Below, piece after piece: positions 28,416 through 32,000 of a stretch of 32,000 nt of DNA (positions are counted from its first letter, which is position 1; every line of letters starts with the position of its first letter). The stretch comes from Wigglesworthia glossinidia endosymbiont of Glossina brevipalpis. Lineage in GTDB: Bacteria; Pseudomonadota; Gammaproteobacteria; Enterobacterales; Enterobacteriaceae. The stretch spans positions 90,001 through 122,000 of the forward strand of contig BA000021.3 in NCBI GenBank assembly GCA_000008885.1, in the 5' to 3' direction. The notes under the pieces were generated by a model. The model was not told the origin of the DNA. It searched no databases and was given only the letters and a program-made list of their open reading frames with translations. The translations under genes were made by a program, and so were the position numbers.

Positions 28416-29414
28416 ATGACTTTAAATATAGCATTAAACGGATTTGGCAGAATTGGTCGTATGATTTTTAGAATAGCTCAAACAAGAAATAATTTTAATA
28501 TTGTTGCTATTAATGATTTATGTAGTATTAATGAAATATCTTATATGTTAAGATTTGACTCAACCCATGGAAAATTTTTAAAAAAAATATATATTAAAGA
28601 AAATTTTATTCAAATTGAAGATAAAAAAATATATTGTTTTTCAGAAAAGGATCCTAGTAATTTACCTTGGAAAAAGTTAAACATAGATATAGTTATTGAA
28701 GCTACTGGATTAAGTTTAACTAAAAAAGCATCTGAAAATCATATTATATCTGGAGCAAAAAAAGTTATAATAACTGCTCCACCAAAAGATAATATTCCAA
28801 TGTTTGTAATGGGAGTTAACAATAATTTATATAACGGGGAAAAAATTATTTCAAATGCATCATGTACTACTAATTGTCTTGCTCCAATAGCAAAAGTATT
28901 AAATGATTATTTTGGAATACAAGAAGCTCTAATGACAACAGTGCATTCTGTTACTTCCACTCAAAACACTGTAGATGGAAGATCTCTTCAAGCATTTAGA
29001 ATAGGAAGAAGTTGCTTAAATAATATTATTCCAACTTCAACTGGAGCTGCAGATTCTGTGGGGAAAATAATTCCTGATTTGAACGGCAAAATAACAGGAA
29101 CCTCTTTTAGAGTTCCTACAACAAATGTATCTGTAGTAGATCTTACTGTAAAATTCAAAAAAGAAACTTCTTATAAAGAAGTTTGTAATGCAATAAAATA
29201 TGAATCTAAAAATAAATTTAATGGTATTTTAGGGTATACAGAAGATAATGTAGTATCTTCTGATTTTAATGGAGAATTTTTAACATCTGTTTTTGATTCA
29301 AAAGCAGGAATAGAATTAAATAAAACTTTTATGAAAATAATATCTTGGTATGATAATGAAAGCGGGTATTCTAGCAAAGTATTAGATTTAGCTCAGTATA
29401 TATTTAATAAATAA
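28416..29414 (+). CDS. gapA: Glyceraldehyde-3-phosphate dehydrogenase A
   Basis: 332 aa. It has NGFGRIGR, the active site [12 protein letters not shown], and WYDNESGYS. It aligns end to end with E. coli GapA. Confidence 0.97.
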   Translation: MTLNIALNGFGRIGRMIFRIAQTRNNFNIVAINDLCSINEISYMLRFDSTHGKFLKKIYIKENFIQIEDKKIYCFSEKDPSNLPWKKLNIDIVIEATGLSLTKKASENHIISGAKKVIITAPPKDNIPMFVMGVNNNLYNGEKIISNASCTTNCLAPIAKVLNDYFGIQEALMTTVHSVTSTQNTVDGRSLQAFRIGRSCLNNIIPTSTGAADSVGKIIPDLNGKITGTSFRVPTTNVSVVDLTVKFKKETSYKEVCNAIKYESKNKFNGILGYTEDNVVSSDFNGEFLTSVFDSKAGIELNKTFMKIISWYDNESGYSSKVLDLAQYIFNK

Positions 29415-29433
29415 TGAAAAAATTAATTTTATT

Positions 29434-29460
29434 AAAAAGACGGCACAAAGCCGTCTTTTT
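29434..29460. terminator. Bidirectional rho-independent terminator between convergent gapA and grpE
   Basis: AAAAA-GACGGC (29439-29444), loop ACAAA, GCCGTC (29450-29455)-TTTTT. The A-tract upstream and T-tract downstream allow termination in both orientations. Confidence 0.8.
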
Positions 29461-29532
29461 AATATTTTTATTTTATTTTTATATAAAAATTTTATTTTTA
29501 CATAAGTTTTTTAAAAACAATAAAAAATTAAT

Positions 29533-30189
29533 TTATTTAGATACAACTACCATTGCTGGTCTTAACAATCTTCCGTTTAAAATATATCCTTTTTGCATAA
29601 TTTCAACCACTTGGTTTGTTTTTTTGTTTTTGTCATCTATCACTGTCATTGCTTCATGTATTTTAGGATCAAAAGGTATGTTTTTTTTATCTATTTCTTT
29701 TATTCCAAAAGAATGAATAACTTTTATAAACTCCTTTAAAGTTAGATTTATTCCTTCTTCAATAGGATTTATATTTTTATTTTTTTCATTTTCTTTTTCA
29801 AGAAGATTTTTTGTACGTTCTAAGTTATCTATTATTGGTAACAAAGCTATAGAAAATTTTTCTAACGCAAACTTATAAGATTTTTCTATATTTGCCTGAG
29901 TGCGTTTCATTAAATTTTCCATTTCAGCTTGATTTCTTAAAATAAGATCATGTTTAGATTTTTTCTCTTTTGATAAATTTTTTTTTAGATTTTCTATAAT
30001 ATTTTTTTGATCATTAAAATTTATTTTTTCTGGTATAATTTCATCTGATATATTATTTTTGTTTAAATTTATTTTTTTTTCTGTTGTTTGTTTTTTATTA
30101 TTTATTATTTCTTCTTCTTTTTTATTTTTTACTTCGCTTTTTTTATTTAATTTATCTTCATTTATCTTGTTTGAATTTTTTTCTTTCAT
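29533..30189 (-). CDS. grpE: Nucleotide exchange factor GrpE
   Basis: [29 protein letters not shown] resembles E. coli [29 protein letters not shown]. The C-terminal [20 protein letters not shown] is conserved. The track ORF starts at a TTG (30204), but the ATG at 30189 lies 9 nt downstream of a GGAG SD and is the likelier start. The N-terminus is Lys/Asn/Glu-rich. Confidence 0.93.
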
Positions 30190-30270
30190 TTTAAATGTCT
30201 CCAATATTAATATTTATCTAAATTTTTTTATTTTATATAAATAAATAAACTTATATTAAATGTAATAAAT

Positions 30271-30299
30271 AAATCATAACATAAACTAATATTTCAAGG
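30271..30299 (-). promoter_or_regulatory. Candidate heat-shock (sigma32-type) promoter of grpE
   Basis: The minus strand reads CCTTGAAA-tattagtttatgt-TATGATTT, a good sigma32-type -35 (CTTGAAA) with a 13-nt spacer and a degenerate -10. It shares TTGAAATAT+TAGTTTATG with the htpX upstream region. It overlaps the nadK SD on the other strand. Confidence 0.35.
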
Positions 30300-30307
30300 T
30301 AATTGAT

Positions 30308-31195
30308 ATGAATTATGTTTTTTGCATTATTGGAATAATTGGGTATAGATTATGTTTAGAACAATTATCTATATATAATAATTTATATAATTGGTTAATA
30401 AAAAAAGGTTATTCAGTAATTTTAGAGAATAATATAGCGCAAGCTTTAAATTTAAATAATGTAATATCTGGTAGTACTTTTGATATAGGAGAAAAAGCAG
30501 ATTTAGCAATAATAATAGGAGGAGATGGAAGCATGTTGCGTATAGCAAAAATTTTATCTAATTATCCTATTAAAGTTATAGGAATAAATACAGGAAATTT
30601 AGGATTTTTAACTGATTTAAATCCAAAATCAGCTTTATCAACTTTAAATTATATATTAAATGGAAATTTTTATGAAGAAAAAAGATTTTTATTAAATGTA
30701 ATAACTATCAAAAATAATATAAAAAGCAAAAAACATATACTTAATGAAGTAGTAGTACATTCAAATAATGTAGCTAAAATGATTGAATTTAAAGTATACA
30801 TTGATGATGTTTTTTCTTTTTTTCAAAGAGCTGATGGATTAATAATATCTACTCCTACAGGCTCAACGGCTTATTCTTTATCTGCGGGAGGTCCAATATT
30901 AATGCCTTTATTAAATGCAATAATCATAATTCCTATGTTTCCTCATGGATTATATTCCAGACCTTTAGTAATCAGTGCAAAAAGCAAAATAAAAATAAAA
31001 TTTTCTAAAAAAATATTAAATTTGTCTATAAGCTGCGATGGCACATCACCTTTTAAAGTTTATAGGAATAATGAAATTGTAATCAAAAAAAGCAAAAAAT
31101 TCTTAAAACTTATTCATTCAAATAATTATAATTACTTTAATGTTTTAAGAAAAAAATTAGGATGGTCAAAAAAATTTTTTAAAAAAATAAAATAA
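30308..31195 (+). CDS. nadK: NAD kinase
   Basis: 295 aa. It has GGDGSML (E. coli GGDGNML), GINTGNLGFLTDL, and ADGLIISTPTGSTAYSLSAGGPI. The C-terminal LGWSKKFF resembles LGWSKKLF. Confidence 0.95.
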   Translation: MNYVFCIIGIIGYRLCLEQLSIYNNLYNWLIKKGYSVILENNIAQALNLNNVISGSTFDIGEKADLAIIIGGDGSMLRIAKILSNYPIKVIGINTGNLGFLTDLNPKSALSTLNYILNGNFYEEKRFLLNVITIKNNIKSKKHILNEVVVHSNNVAKMIEFKVYIDDVFSFFQRADGLIISTPTGSTAYSLSAGGPILMPLLNAIIIIPMFPHGLYSRPLVISAKSKIKIKFSKKILNLSISCDGTSPFKVYRNNEIVIKKSKKFLKLIHSNNYNYFNVLRKKLGWSKKFFKKIK

Positions 31196-31213
31196 TTAAT
31201 TATTAAATTTTTA

Positions 31214-31654
31214 TTAAAACTTTTTTATATTTATTTTTTTAGCTTCTTCTAAAAAAAAGTAAATAACATTATTAATATATTTTTTTAAAAAAAATTTAGT
31301 GGCAATATTTATATGTTTATATTTTGATTCACATGTTAATTCAAATTTAATTTGACTAGTATTTTTGCTTAAAGAATAAAAATTCCATGTTGCTAAAAAA
31401 TAATTAAAAGATCCAGAAATCAAATTTATTACAATTTTAGTATTTTTTGAAATAGTATTTTTAGTAATAAATGATTCTTTAATTCCTAAAAAAGAACATT
31501 GTGTTTCACAAATTAATATATTATTATGTTTTTTTAAAACTTTACTAAAAGTACACCAAGGAAGAAATTTAGAATATCTATCTACGTTATTAACTATTTC
31601 AAAAATTTGTTTTTTTTCATATGGTAAATTTATGCAACGTATTATGTAAGTCAT
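31214..31654 (-). CDS. ratA: SRPBCC/START-fold protein RatA (YfjG/PasT, Coq10-like)
   Basis: 146 aa. IFEIVNNVDRYSKFLPWCT resembles E. coli MYQLVNDVQSYPQFLPGCT. It is divergent from smpB, as in E. coli. Confidence 0.75.
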   Translation of the reverse strand: MTYIIRCINLPYEKKQIFEIVNNVDRYSKFLPWCTFSKVLKKHNNILICETQCSFLGIKESFITKNTISKNTKIVINLISGSFNYFLATWNFYSLSKNTSQIKFELTCESKYKHINIATKFFLKKYINNVIYFFLEEAKKINIKKF

Positions 31655-31719
31655 AAAATCTCCTTTTGATTAACATATTTAAATTGAAATAAAGTTTATA
31701 GAGTATTTTTATACTTAAA

Positions 31720-32000
31720 ATGAAAAAAAAAAATACAGAAAAAAATTTTTTAATTATTTCCAGAAATAAACGTGCAAAATATAATACATATATTAAAAAA
31801 GAAATGGAAGCTGGATTAAGCCTTAAAGGTTGGGAAGTTAAATCTTTAAGAAGCAATAATATAAGCATTAGTACTAGCTATGTTACTTTAAAATCTTCTT
31901 CTGCATATTTAACTGGAGCTGTATTTCAATCAAATACAAATAATAATATGAATTTTATTTATGAAAAAGAAAGAAATATACAATTATTATTACATAAACA
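31720..32000 (+). CDS. smpB: SsrA-binding protein SmpB, 5' part (runs off window end)
   Basis: Hand translation from the ATG at 31720 gives [55 protein letters not shown].. This resembles E. coli ..[40 protein letters not shown]. It is not in the ORF track because the ORF is still open at the window edge. Confidence 0.9.
   Translation, partial: [93 protein letters not shown]

Noticed and set aside
29414-29716. 100-aa plus-strand ORF starting at the gapA stop
   Set aside because: It reads straight through the gapA/grpE terminator hairpin and then runs antisense to the conserved grpE 3' end. The protein is Phe/Ile/Leu/Lys low complexity with no homology signal.
31214-31654. RatA is annotated in E. 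coli as a ribosome-association toxin, so this could be a toxin-antitoxin or defence module
   Set aside because: There is no adjacent small antitoxin-like ORF. The gene sits in its conserved position, divergent from smpB. The fold family (SRPBCC/Coq10-like) is housekeeping in most lineages. Nothing suggests a mobile or defence context.
1-32000. Alternative genetic code (UGA=Trp, as in some tiny-genome symbionts)
   Set aside because: All conserved genes are full length under the standard code. Trp positions use TGG (for example IWLREY in pheT and GWEVKS in smpB). TGA terminates fabD (8639-8641) and hinT (13759-13761) at positions matching homologue C-termini.

Overview
This window is extremely AT-rich (by eye about 20% G+C, spacers mostly under 10%; not computed). 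It looks like a reduced-genome gammaproteobacterial insect endosymbiont, most consistent with Buchnera aphidicola. The genetic code is standard: UGG encodes Trp, and TGA ends fabD and hinT.

The window is almost entirely housekeeping genes, in this order:
- pheS (3' end), pheT, pyrC, rne
- rluC (frameshifted), rpmF (59 aa, missing from the ORF track)
- fabD-fabG-acpP, mltG-tmk-holB-ycfH, hinT, ndh
- mfd (N-terminal third missing)
- lolC-lolD-lolE (lolE frameshifted)
- purB, mnmA, htpX
- a yoaE-like TerC/CBS protein (C-terminal domain missing)
- sppA, gapA, grpE, nadK, ratA/yfjG, smpB (5' part, runs off the window)

The pyrC..mnmA stretch keeps the E. coli K-12 gene order and orientation, with the intervening genes deleted.

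I found no tRNA or rRNA, CRISPR array, IS element or transposase, integrase, phage gene, or recognisable defence or toxin-antitoxin cassette. I do not see a novel multi-gene system here and will not claim one.

What deserves a second look is genome-erosion and gene-expression biology:
1. lolE is broken exactly at an A10 tract, which makes it a slippage-rescue candidate.
2. rluC is broken inside a CCCCCTGGGGG island, at a CCC-U site where a +1 shift would restore the frame.
3. Mfd is cleanly missing its UvrA-recruiting module.
4. An 18-nt bipartite motif (TTGAAATAT + TAGTTTATG) lies about 107 nt upstream of both heat-shock genes in the window (htpX and grpE).
5. Smaller items include a Tmk LID-region insertion, the retained amphipathic helix of RNase E, a truncated YoaE, a partial FAS-II cluster, and GC-rich terminators only after acpP and gapA.
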